DNA of 64,000 nucleotides from Gammaproteobacteria bacterium. Its GTDB lineage: Bacteria; Pseudomonadota; Gammaproteobacteria; Steroidobacterales; Rariloculaceae. A program made the translations under genes and the position numbers. The DNA lies in the NCBI GenBank assembly GCA_038125265.1, contig JAYPDM010000005.1:1702-65701 (forward strand). The letters are read 5' to 3'. This document shows, piece after piece, positions 8,721-18,144 of the stretch (the stretch's first letter is position 1; each line of letters opens with the position of its first letter). The notes beneath the pieces are model-generated. The model made no database searches. It was not told the DNA's origin and saw only the letters and a program-made list of their open reading frames with translations.

Positions 8721-10526
8721 CTAATGAAGATATTGATAAATTTCTTTTGCTAACCCTTTACTAATTTCTTTAACCTTTTCGATCTCTTCAACCGATGCAT
8801 CGGTCAACGCATTTATGTTACCAAAATGTTGAATCAAATTCTTTCTTCGTTTTGGTCCAATTCCAGGAATATCATCAAGGATAGTTTTAATACTATTTGA
8901 GGTTCGTTTTTTTCTTTGTGCGGTAATTGCAAAACGATGGGCCTCATCTCTGATTTGCTGTAAAAGCCTCCCAGCCTCTGGAACAAAGTCTATGCTTATG
9001 ACCTTGCCGCCACTGTGAACTTGCTCTTGACCAAGTTTCCTTTGTCTCCCCTTTGAAATTGAAATGATTTTAAAGGGTAATGCCAGCTGTTTTGAAATAT
9101 CAATGATGGCATTGAGCTGTCCCTTCCCCCCATCTATTACGACCAAATCTGGCAGTCTCTTGTTTTCATTTAACAGGCGTACGTATCGTCTGCTAAAAGC
9201 CTGTCTTAAGGCATCATAATCATCACTGGGCTTAATGTTGGCTATATTAAATTTACGATACTCTTTTTTATTTGCACCGCCCTCATCAAAAACTACGCAC
9301 GATGCCACCGCATCTGATCCACTAAGATGGCTAATATCAAAACACTCGATGCGATTAATATCACCCTTGATATCAAGCATCTTACGAAGCGCCTTGAATT
9401 GCTTATCTAGCTCTTTCGATTTTTGATTTTTCAGGAGTAGAGTCTGCTTTGCATTATCACAGGCAAGCTGAACCCATTTTTTAGGCTCACCCCTGAGCGG
9501 TCTAATAATTTTAATTTTACTGTTCGTCTTTGCATTGATCAGTTCTTCCATCTGATTCTTGGATGCAATCGACTCACTCACATAAATATTGCTCACCTTC
9601 CCTAAATTCAGCTCAAAATAATGTTTCATGATGTAAGCCTCTATAATATCGCTTCGAGGGAGACCGGCTTGGCTCTCGAGGGTTACCTGTTTACTCCCAA
9701 GCAACCTTCCATTTCTAAAATACATAACACTCAGACAGATTGAAATTTCAGATTCAGCGATCCCAATTACATCAAAATCACCCCTCTGAACTGATACGAT
9801 TTGCCTTTTAAGGATCTCATTTAAGTCTAAGACTTGGTCTCTTAAAATTGCCGCTCGTTCATAATTTTGCTGCCTTGAAGCATCATTCATTTTTTCTGAT
9901 ATTTCATGAATGACTTCGCTGGCCTTCCCCTGTAGGAACTTGATACCCTTTTGAATGTCCTCTTCATACTCTGACGGTGAAACCTTGCCTACACATGGCG
10001 CACTGCATCTATCAATTTGATATTGCATGCATGGACGGGTTCTATTATTAAAGGTGCTTTGATCGCAATTTCTTATGCGAAAGGTCTTCTGAATAATTGA
10101 AAGGCTATTGCGCGCAGCGTAGGGATTTGGAAAGGGTCCAAAATACTGATTTTTATCATTTTTAGAACCACGATGAAAATAGATGCCAGGGAATGGATCT
10201 TTCGTGGTTATCGCAATGTATGGGAAACTTTTGTCGTCTTTAAAAATGACATTGTACTTAGGTCTGTGCTGCTTAATTAAGTTATGCTCTAAAATTAGCG
10301 CTTCCAGCTCGGTATTGGTTCTCATAATATCGATGCCACTAATTTGCGAGACTAATTTAGAAATTTTTCGTGTTTTGGGGCTATTAGAAAAATAAGAGGC
10401 AACCCTACTCTTTAAATTTTTAGACTTTCCGATATAAATAATATCTTTTGAAGCGCTGAGCATCAGGTAGACACCAGGTTTTGACTCAAGGTTTCTACAA
10501 AACGCCTTGGCATCAAATAAGGTCAT
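8721..10526 (-). CDS. uvrC: Excinuclease ABC subunit C
   Basis: GIY-YIG domain (GVYLMLSASKDIIYIGKSKNLKSRVASY), UVR domain, and C-terminal (HhH)2 (IPGIGPKRRKNLIQHFG). I prefer the start MTLFDAK at 10526, which gives an ATGA overlap with the upstream stop; the track start is 10535. Confidence 0.95.
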   Translation of the reverse strand: MTLFDAKAFCRNLESKPGVYLMLSASKDIIYIGKSKNLKSRVASYFSNSPKTRKISKLVSQISGIDIMRTNTELEALILEHNLIKQHRPKYNVIFKDDKSFPYIAITTKDPFPGIYFHRGSKNDKNQYFGPFPNPYAARNSLSIIQKTFRIRNCDQSTFNNRTRPCMQYQIDRCSAPCVGKVSPSEYEEDIQKGIKFLQGKASEVIHEISEKMNDASRQQNYERAAILRDQVLDLNEILKRQIVSVQRGDFDVIGIAESEISICLSVMYFRNGRLLGSKQVTLESQAGLPRSDIIEAYIMKHYFELNLGKVSNIYVSESIASKNQMEELINAKTNSKIKIIRPLRGEPKKWVQLACDNAKQTLLLKNQKSKELDKQFKALRKMLDIKGDINRIECFDISHLSGSDAVASCVVFDEGGANKKEYRKFNIANIKPSDDYDALRQAFSRRYVRLLNENKRLPDLVVIDGGKGQLNAIIDISKQLALPFKIISISKGRQRKLGQEQVHSGGKVISIDFVPEAGRLLQQIRDEAHRFAITAQRKKRTSNSIKTILDDIPGIGPKRRKNLIQHFGNINALTDASVEEIEKVKEISKGLAKEIYQYLH

Positions 10527-11161
10527 CTTACACACTTCATCGCAAGCTCAAATACTGATTCAAACATGGTGGCCGTTAATCGTTTCGTTTGCGTGTTATA
10601 GCGACTGCAGTGATAGGAGTCGATGAGTGTAATTTTTGATGAAATTTGGTGCATGGCAAGATGAGCAAACTTATACTCGCTTAGCTTAATTTGGTTTGCT
10701 CTTAAAACAGCATCATGAGCAATTTTACCTAACGCAATGATCACTATTTTTTTCTTCTTCAGTTGATTAATTTCTTGATAAAGGTATTTATTACAGTTTT
10801 TAATCTCATCTGTATTTGGTTTATTTTGTGGTGGCAAACACTTCACGGCATTGGTAATTCTGCACCCTTTAAGGCTTAAGCCATCACTGTTTTGTATCGA
10901 GGTAGGCTTATTTGCGAGTCCGAATTTATAAAGGGTCTCGTACAGTAAGATGCCTGCAAAGTCTCCGGTAAAGGGTCTTCCGGTTGCATTGGCACCATGC
11001 AAGCCTGGCGCTAGACCAACAATTAAAATATTGGGCTGTTCATCGCCAAAGCTCGGCACTGGCTTATTCCAGTATTCACTGTATTTTTTTGAGAGATTCG
11101 CTAAATTTTTATATAACCTAGGACAATCTTTACAATCAAGATTGAATGTCGCTGAGCCCAT
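10523..11161 (-). CDS. Uracil-DNA glycosylase superfamily protein (family 4/5-like, Fe-S type)
   Basis: Motif GLAPGLHGANATGRPFTGD, plus Cys residues (CKDCPRL, CLPP, CSRYN) consistent with the 4Fe-4S UDG families. 212 aa. Confidence 0.8.
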   Translation of the reverse strand: MGSATFNLDCKDCPRLYKNLANLSKKYSEYWNKPVPSFGDEQPNILIVGLAPGLHGANATGRPFTGDFAGILLYETLYKFGLANKPTSIQNSDGLSLKGCRITNAVKCLPPQNKPNTDEIKNCNKYLYQEINQLKKKKIVIIALGKIAHDAVLRANQIKLSEYKFAHLAMHQISSKITLIDSYHCSRYNTQTKRLTATMFESVFELAMKCVR

Positions 11162-12497
11162 GATTCAAATTAAAGTTGTTTGAAATCATCATAGCAATTT
11201 CAATGGACTGTTCATAATTTAATCTTGGATCTACCTGGGTTTTGTAAGCTTTGCTGAGGTCTGCCTCAGATATACCGGAAGCTCCACCAATACATTCTGT
11301 TACGTTATCGCCGGAAAGCTCAAGATGAACACCGCCTAAGTGACTGCCTAGGTCTTGATGTATTTGAAGGCTTAATTGAATCTCTTTTGAAATTTTGTCA
11401 AAGCTTCTTGTTTTGTAGCCGTTTGAGCTGGTCTCGGTGTTGCCATGCATGGGATCACTGATCCAAGTAACATTAGCCCCTAAATCTTTAACTGTCTGGA
11501 TAAGTGCTGGCAATCCTGTCTCAACTTGATCCGCACCAAAGCGTGCAATAAAAACTAGCCTACCGGATTGATTATCTGGATTAAGCGTCTCAATAAGTCC
11601 TTTGAGCTTATCTGGATCAGTAGAGGTTCCTACTTTCACACCAACAGGATTCCTAATACCTCTGAAGTACTCAATGTGCGCCTCATCAAGATTAGTCGTT
11701 CTAAATCCAATCCATGGAAAATGTGTTGATAAGTTATACCAGTAATTACGATGCTTCAAAAATCTAGTCTGAGCCGCCTCATAGGGCAAGTGCAATCCTT
11801 CGTGAGATGAAAAGAAACTCACCCGATGCATACTTCTTGCCTCTTGTGTGATTGTCTCAAAAAATTGAAGTGAGTTTTGCGCTGTTGCAAGAATTCGCTC
11901 ATATTCACGACTCATGGGCGAGCCTTTTACAAAATCAATATTCCAATTCTCCGGATGATGTAAATCCGCAAAACCTCCTTCGGTTAAAGCTCTTACAAAG
12001 TTCATCACAAGGGCAGCCTTCTCGTAGCCTCTTAACATTAAAACGGGATTTGGCTCTCTTGCTTTTTCTGTAAATTCTATACCATTGATAATATCGCCAC
12101 GGTAGCTTGGTAATGTCACTCCATCACGAGTTTCAGTATCTGCACTCCTTGGTTTCGCGTATTGACCGGCCATTCGTCCTATACGAACAATGGGTTTTTT
12201 TAGCCCCACGGATAAAACCAGAGACATCTGTAACAGAACTTTTAGTTTATTTACAATGAAATCAGATGTGCATTCACTAAAGCTCTCGGCACAATCTCCA
12301 CCCTGAAGAACAAATACTTCACCTTTTTCTGCAAGCGCAAATTTATCTCTTAGCTTTTCAATTTCCCAAGAGGTGACTAATGGAGGCATAGTCGCTAATT
12401 CGTTGATGGTATCCTCTAATAGTTTGGCATCGGCGTAGACAGGCATCTGAATACCCTTTTTTTCTTTCCAGCTATTTTGATTCCAGTTTTTACCCAT
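11136..12497 (-). CDS. Class II (plant/actinobacterial-type) 3-deoxy-7-phosphoheptulonate (DAHP) synthase
   Basis: 453 aa. N-terminal WKEKKGIQMPVY..PPLV pattern, GRMAGQYAKPRS, and HGNT characteristic of class II DAHPS. Confidence 0.88.
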   Translation of the reverse strand: MGKNWNQNSWKEKKGIQMPVYADAKLLEDTINELATMPPLVTSWEIEKLRDKFALAEKGEVFVLQGGDCAESFSECTSDFIVNKLKVLLQMSLVLSVGLKKPIVRIGRMAGQYAKPRSADTETRDGVTLPSYRGDIINGIEFTEKAREPNPVLMLRGYEKAALVMNFVRALTEGGFADLHHPENWNIDFVKGSPMSREYERILATAQNSLQFFETITQEARSMHRVSFFSSHEGLHLPYEAAQTRFLKHRNYWYNLSTHFPWIGFRTTNLDEAHIEYFRGIRNPVGVKVGTSTDPDKLKGLIETLNPDNQSGRLVFIARFGADQVETGLPALIQTVKDLGANVTWISDPMHGNTETSSNGYKTRSFDKISKEIQLSLQIHQDLGSHLGGVHLELSGDNVTECIGGASGISEADLSKAYKTQVDPRLNYEQSIEIAMMISNNFNLNHGLSDIQS

Positions 12498-14028
12498 GAT
12501 TTATATGCTCACTCGTAATGATATTTAACATCTTTTCAACTGCAATCATTGCCGCTGATAACTGATCAGTATCAACACCAATGGTTACAAAAGTTCTTCC
12601 AATGCTTGTATCTTCCCACTTAACTAATGTTTCCACGAGCGCCTCCGTCTTACCGCCTGGAGGAATTCTAACTTTAAAATCAATCAGTTCTGGAAGAGTA
12701 ATACCTTTTTTGTCAGTTAGTATTTTAATCGCATTCATAAGCGCATCAAAGCCACCATCGCCACTCGCTGAGGCCTGATCATCTGCCCCAAAAATATTTA
12801 ATGATACGGTCGCATTGGGTTTACCCTTAGATTGAATCGAAACTTGAAAATCATTTAACTTAATTGATTCCTCTTTAGGTCTCTTAAGGATATCGGATAA
12901 AATCATCAGAAGGTCTTCTGTAGCAATACTTTGTTTTTTATCCCCAAGCTCAACAATTCGCTCTAAAAGCTTTGATCGATTCTCGTCAGACAGGGAAATT
13001 CCTAAAAGTTTTAAGTTATGGTCAACAGACGCTTTGCCTGCAAGCTTGCCAAGCGCATAAGACCTTACCCTACCAAATCTTTCAGGCATAAGATTTGCCT
13101 CATACAGCTTGCCTTTTGCATCCCCGTCAGCATGAATCCCTGCAGTTTGAGTAAATACATCGCCACCTACAAATGGCGTATTGGAAGCAATGGTTTTACC
13201 ACTAAATGTCTCAACTAGTTCAGAGATCGCACTTAACTTTGATTCGACAATATTATTCTTAAAAGCTGTTAAATCATTCATGCTTACAACAATTTCAGCG
13301 AGCGAGGTATTGCCTGCCCTTTCTCCCATACCATTTACGCTTACATGAATACCCTCTGCACCTGCTTCAATAGCTTTAAGTGCATTTGCTGTAGCAAGCC
13401 CATAATCATTGTGACCATGGAATTCAAAACTAATATCTTTGAACTTCTGAGCCATTAATTGAACTAGATCAAAAGTTAGATTGGGTGAGAGTATGCCAAG
13501 AGTATCCGCTAGATAAACTTTTTTTATTCCTAAGGAATGTAATGCAGAGACTAAATTAAAAACGTACTCCGAATCCTCCTGTATGCCACGTGACCAATCT
13601 TCTAGATAGACTCCCACATGAATATTATTTGTATGAGCATAATTTACAGTTTTAATGACTTGCTCAATATGCTCCTCCGGGCTAAGACCTAATTGTCTTT
13701 CGCAGTGCTTTCTTGATCCTTTCGTTAACAGGTTGAGCTTAATACAGCCAGCTTCTATCATCCAATCAACTGTTCGTTTACCATCACAAAACCCTAGGAC
13801 TTCTACTTTTTCTAATATATTTTCATTTTTTGCCCAATCACAAATTCTTTTGACAGCCTGCTGTTCGCCGGGAGAGACCCTTGCTGAGGCTACCTCAACA
13901 CGATCCAAGCCTACTTCTTCAAGTAAAAACTTACACATATGATGCTTTTCAGATGGCGTATAGGCAATACCGGGCGTCTGCTCACCGTCTCTAAGCGTGG
14001 TATCCATGATTGTAATAATATTAGTCAT
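12490..14028 (-). CDS. cimA: (R)-citramalate synthase-like member of the LeuA/CimA family
   Basis: TLRDGEQTPG, FEFHGHNDYGLATAN, FTQTAGIHADGDAKGKLY and PERFGRVRSYALGKLAGKAS. It resembles the Leptospira-type CimA as I remember it more than E. coli LeuA. 512 aa with a C-terminal regulatory domain. Confidence 0.7.
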   Translation of the reverse strand: MTNIITIMDTTLRDGEQTPGIAYTPSEKHHMCKFLLEEVGLDRVEVASARVSPGEQQAVKRICDWAKNENILEKVEVLGFCDGKRTVDWMIEAGCIKLNLLTKGSRKHCERQLGLSPEEHIEQVIKTVNYAHTNNIHVGVYLEDWSRGIQEDSEYVFNLVSALHSLGIKKVYLADTLGILSPNLTFDLVQLMAQKFKDISFEFHGHNDYGLATANALKAIEAGAEGIHVSVNGMGERAGNTSLAEIVVSMNDLTAFKNNIVESKLSAISELVETFSGKTIASNTPFVGGDVFTQTAGIHADGDAKGKLYEANLMPERFGRVRSYALGKLAGKASVDHNLKLLGISLSDENRSKLLERIVELGDKKQSIATEDLLMILSDILKRPKEESIKLNDFQVSIQSKGKPNATVSLNIFGADDQASASGDGGFDALMNAIKILTDKKGITLPELIDFKVRIPPGGKTEALVETLVKWEDTSIGRTFVTIGVDTDQLSAAMIAVEKMLNIITSEHINHG

Positions 14029-14086
14029 CTTTACTTCAATTCTGAATCGATAATTATAGGCGAAGTTAAAAAATATGAGTAACTTA

Positions 14087-15226
14087 TTATTTTTGAAAAA
14101 CTTTTAGGTAAAAGATTAATGACAAAAACCAAATCATTGAAATAAAAACAATGTAGGCATTCCAGTCATAGTTACTGTAGATAAAGCCTGGGAGAAATGC
14201 ACCTATTGAGCCACCTAAATAATAAGAACTAATGTACATAGAATTTACCAATGAACGATCAGCATTTTCATTTTGAAAATTTAAAAATGCTGACAAGACT
14301 GAATGCAACAAGAAAAAACCAAAACAAAGAATAAAAATAGCAATAAAGGAGGCTAAGTAGAGGTCTAACAAAGTTGAAATAGAGGCCAGAAGCAAAAGGA
14401 TTTGTGCTAACAATACTGCCCTCCCTTCACTGCCCATAAAGCGGGTAATTGACTCACACTTAAAGGCAATAAACGCGCCGACTAAATAACCAAGGTATAT
14501 AAATGAAATGGTAAATTCATTGAGTTCGCCTGTAATTTCAACAATTCTAAAGGGAATAAAATTAAGCAACGATGCAAATAAAAAGAAAACTAAAAAAATA
14601 TAAATAAAGCTGTCAGCATTCGTTTTGCTCTTAATCACTGACCTCAAGTTAGCAACTTGAATTAGCTGAGATGATTTTCTTGATTGCTTGTTTATAGAAA
14701 GAAAATAGAGCCACTGAATTAAGAGCAGAAAAGATAATAAATAAAATGCAGTATTCCAACTAAAAAAATATGAGAATAAACCTGATAGCATTCGCCCACT
14801 GAATCCACCTAAGATACTAAAACAAACGTAAAAGTTAATCGCTCTCTTAATGCTATCAAAAGGTGATGTTCTTCCTGCAAGAGTCATCAAGCAGGTGAAA
14901 AGACCTGGGAGCAGCAATCCCTGAATAAATCGTCCCAAAAGAACTGTTTGTATATTAGTTGCTAATGCAATTAATAAAGTAGCAAGAGCAAGAAAAAATA
15001 AACATGCGGTCAAAAGCTGTTCAATTCTTATCCTATTTAAAAGCAATCCATAAAGCACCGGTAATAAACCCAGTGGAATCATAGTCACCGATGTGACCAA
15101 AGCAGCGCTCGTGATATCTAAGCTAAAATATGCTGCAATAACAGGCAGTATGGGTTGTGGCATGTAGAGAGCTGCAAAACAAAGCATAGTTGTATAAAGA
15201 ACTATTGTGAAGCTTTGTTTTTTCAT
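14087..15226 (-). CDS. MFS transporter
   Basis: About 12 TM helices. Start moved to MKKQSFTIV (15226) because the 18-codon track extension is not transporter-like. Confidence 0.75.
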   Translation of the reverse strand: MKKQSFTIVLYTTMLCFAALYMPQPILPVIAAYFSLDITSAALVTSVTMIPLGLLPVLYGLLLNRIRIEQLLTACLFFLALATLLIALATNIQTVLLGRFIQGLLLPGLFTCLMTLAGRTSPFDSIKRAINFYVCFSILGGFSGRMLSGLFSYFFSWNTAFYLLSFLLLIQWLYFLSINKQSRKSSQLIQVANLRSVIKSKTNADSFIYIFLVFFLFASLLNFIPFRIVEITGELNEFTISFIYLGYLVGAFIAFKCESITRFMGSEGRAVLLAQILLLLASISTLLDLYLASFIAIFILCFGFFLLHSVLSAFLNFQNENADRSLVNSMYISSYYLGGSIGAFLPGFIYSNYDWNAYIVFISMIWFLSLIFYLKVFQK

Positions 15227-15251
15227 ATTTTTCTTAAATTTTATTTGTATA

Positions 15252-15275
15252 GTATGATGGGTTAAACAATCATAC
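15252..15275. promoter_or_regulatory. Inverted repeat GTATGAT-N10-ATCATAC in the MFS/tctC divergent promoter region
   Basis: Perfect 7-bp arms at 15252-15258 and 15269-15275, 16 nt upstream of the tctC ATG, inside a 64-bp intergenic region. Confidence 0.3.
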
Positions 15276-15290
15276 ATCAAAGAAATCCCA

Positions 15291-16229
15291 ATGAAATTCT
15301 TAATTCAATTGATCATAATTGCATTTTTTACAAACCCTGTATGGTCGCAAAAAATTGAATACCCTCATGACGTAATTACCATTGTGACTCATTCCAGTCC
15401 TGGAGGGGGTAGCGATGTTTTTCTGCGCGAATTAATTACTAAATTAGATGACATCATGGATGCAAGCTTTGTCATTGAAAACGTTAGAGGCGGAAGCGGT
15501 ATTAGAGCTGTCGCAAGGGTTGCGAATGGCGATCCAGATGGCAGTATATTTTATGCAACAACGCCTACCTATATTCTTACCTCGCTATTAACGAACTCTT
15601 CAACCAACTACTCGAATTTGGATCCGATGGTAAATATTTTTTATGATCAGGAGATCATCTATACCAGTATTAACAACCCGGTAAATGAACTCAAAGATAT
15701 TTTAGAAGATACAAATCGACGCTACAGCTGGGGCGCAGCAAATCCTGCCTCGCTTGAAAGAATAGCCCTTGAGCAATTGAAAAGCATCTCAGGGAGTAAT
15801 GCCGCCATCATAACGCACGATGGGGGTGGAGAGCTTCTGCTAAATATCCTAAATGGCACACTGGATATTGGGATTGGTGAGTACCAAGAACTTGAGCCAC
15901 AATTGCATGCAAACCAAATTAAGCCATTAGCCATACTCAGTAGTACCAGGGATTTAAATCTACCAAATGTACCGACTCTTAATGAGCTTGGTTATAACGT
16001 AGAGCTTCAAAAGTTTAGAGGTCTGGCTGCACCCCTTAACACCCCTCCATCTATTTATGCTATCTGGGACCAAGCCATACAACAACTTCTAGCCAATGAG
16101 GAATTTGTCTCTGAATTTGAAGAACAATTACTGGTTCCTGCATACATGAATTCAGTAGATGCCAATACCATGGTTGATGAATTTATTTCTAATACACAGC
16201 AAACATTCTCTCAACTAGGAATGTTTTGA
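15291..16229 (+). CDS. tctC: Tripartite tricarboxylate transporter substrate-binding protein (TctC/Bug family)
   Basis: 312 aa with a signal peptide. Followed by TctB- and TctA-type genes. Confidence 0.85.
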   Translation: MKFLIQLIIIAFFTNPVWSQKIEYPHDVITIVTHSSPGGGSDVFLRELITKLDDIMDASFVIENVRGGSGIRAVARVANGDPDGSIFYATTPTYILTSLLTNSSTNYSNLDPMVNIFYDQEIIYTSINNPVNELKDILEDTNRRYSWGAANPASLERIALEQLKSISGSNAAIITHDGGGELLLNILNGTLDIGIGEYQELEPQLHANQIKPLAILSSTRDLNLPNVPTLNELGYNVELQKFRGLAAPLNTPPSIYAIWDQAIQQLLANEEFVSEFEEQLLVPAYMNSVDANTMVDEFISNTQQTFSQLGMF

Positions 16230-16681
16230 TGAGAGAGATCCTTGGTGGGATAGTATTTTTAACGATTGCCAGCCTATTCTTTTTTGGGTCGAATTTAATC
16301 CCAGACAGTTTTTTGAGTGATGAGGTGGGTGCAACCGGATTGCCAAAAATTTATTCACTATTACTAATGTTTTGCTCCTTGGTTTTAATAATTAAAGGAG
16401 GATTTGTCATACTTAAAGAGCCTAATTTTCACCTTCCTGAGCTCTCTCAAAACCTCGTCAACCCTGTTTGTATTTTATTGGCAGGTGGATTTTTTATTCT
16501 TATGGTCGAGCGTTTAGGATACGTCATCTCTTCTTTCATTCTGCTGACAATCTTATTAAAACTACTTGCACAAATGAAACTTAGCAAGGCAGTCCTTTAT
16601 TCGGCCATAGGGAGTGCCGTCTATAGCCTTATATTTATTTTAATCTTTGGAACAAATTTGCCCCTCTTATGGAATTCATAA
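16229..16681 (+). CDS. tctB: Tripartite tricarboxylate transporter small membrane protein (TctB family)
   Basis: About 150 aa, four TM helices. ATG at 16229 overlaps the tctC stop by 1 nt; the track start at 16226 is TTG. Confidence 0.8.
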   Translation: MREILGGIVFLTIASLFFFGSNLIPDSFLSDEVGATGLPKIYSLLLMFCSLVLIIKGGFVILKEPNFHLPELSQNLVNPVCILLAGGFFILMVERLGYVISSFILLTILLKLLAQMKLSKAVLYSAIGSAVYSLIFILIFGTNLPLLWNS

Positions 16682-18144
16682 ACTTTTTGTTTGAATTAGG
16701 CTTTATAGAAATCATGATCATTCTAGGTTCAGCCATAATTGGTGTTTCATGGGGCATTATGGGTGGTGCAACACCCGGCATCTCACCCTCAATCAGTATG
16801 GCGCTCATGCTTCCCATTACATATGGAATGGATCCTGCGGTTTCTGTCATACTTTTAGCATCAACCTATCTCGGTGCTGAATACGGTGGATCAATACCCG
16901 CTATCCTGATAAATACCCCGGGAACTAATGCTGCTGCTGCAACAGTTATTGATGGCTATAAAATGAACGAACTTGGATTTGGGTCAAAGGCCCTTGGAAT
17001 CTCACTATACTCTGCAATCGTAGGCGGCATAGTTGGTGTGTTTGTTCTGATTTTTTTTACTGAACCACTCTCGAGGCTAGCTTTAAACTTTACTCCAATG
17101 TCTTATTTCGGATTAGGTATACTTGGTGTAAGCGTTATTGTCTCATTATCGTCAGGTTCTATTTTTAAGGGGATCTGCTCCGGTCTCATGGGTTTATTAC
17201 TAGCCACCATAGGATCTGATCCGGTAACAGGCGTCCAAAGATTTACATTTAACAGCCCTGACTTATTAGAAGGAATAAAGCCAATAATCGTGATGGTTGG
17301 TTTGTTTGCCATGTCAGAGATACTCATTCAATCAATGCAAAATACCCAAATAAAACCGATCTCTTTCTCCAAAGTTGTGCTGCCAAATTTCAAAGAAAAA
17401 ATTCAATTAGCAAAATCACAATTGATTGGGAGTATTGTGGGTATTGTCGAGGGAATCATCCCAGGCGCTGGAGGAAGTATTGCATCTTTTTTATCCTACA
17501 ATGAAGCAAAAAGGTGGTCTTCATCCCCAGAAAAATTTGGTCTTGGGTCACCTGAGGGCATTGCTGCACCTGAGACATCAAACAATACGGTAGCGTCTAC
17601 AGCGATCATTCCAGTATTAAGCTTTGGCATTCCTGGATCAAACTCTGCCGCAATCCTTTTAGGTGGTTTATTGATTCATGGAATCAGTCCGGGACCTCTT
17701 CTCTTTGCTGAAAACTCTAGCATAGTTTTCAATTTATATACCGGCATGCTTGCTGCGGTGTTTATGCTTTATTTCATTGGAAAACTTATACTACCGTTAT
17801 GCTTATGGTTTGTAAGTAAACCTAGAAACATACTTATCGTTTTTATATATCTCACTGTTTTTACTGGGATTTATACAATTAATAATAGTTTAATTGATCT
17901 TTGGCTTGTCCTATTTATCGGAATTTTTGGTGTCATGATGCGTTTACTTAAATTTCCTGTTTTACCCTTAATCTTAGGTTTGGTATTAGGCTATATGATT
18001 GAATCCAATTACAGAAGATCTATAGTTTTATCTGGAGGCGATATATCCATCTTCTTTGATGACACGATATGTTTGATATTTTTGCTCCTTGCTGCCATTT
18101 TTATTTTAATTTCTACTTATCATGAGCTCAGAAGAAGTCGTTAG
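16669..18144 (+). CDS. tctA: Tripartite tricarboxylate transporter permease (TctA family)
   Basis: 491 aa polytopic protein with TctA-like stretches (GATPGISPS, GAEYGGSIPAILINTPGT, IPGAGGSIASFLSY). Confidence 0.9.
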   Translation: MEFINFLFELGFIEIMIILGSAIIGVSWGIMGGATPGISPSISMALMLPITYGMDPAVSVILLASTYLGAEYGGSIPAILINTPGTNAAAATVIDGYKMNELGFGSKALGISLYSAIVGGIVGVFVLIFFTEPLSRLALNFTPMSYFGLGILGVSVIVSLSSGSIFKGICSGLMGLLLATIGSDPVTGVQRFTFNSPDLLEGIKPIIVMVGLFAMSEILIQSMQNTQIKPISFSKVVLPNFKEKIQLAKSQLIGSIVGIVEGIIPGAGGSIASFLSYNEAKRWSSSPEKFGLGSPEGIAAPETSNNTVASTAIIPVLSFGIPGSNSAAILLGGLLIHGISPGPLLFAENSSIVFNLYTGMLAAVFMLYFIGKLILPLCLWFVSKPRNILIVFIYLTVFTGIYTINNSLIDLWLVLFIGIFGVMMRLLKFPVLPLILGLVLGYMIESNYRRSIVLSGGDISIFFDDTICLIFLLLAAIFILISTYHELRRSR

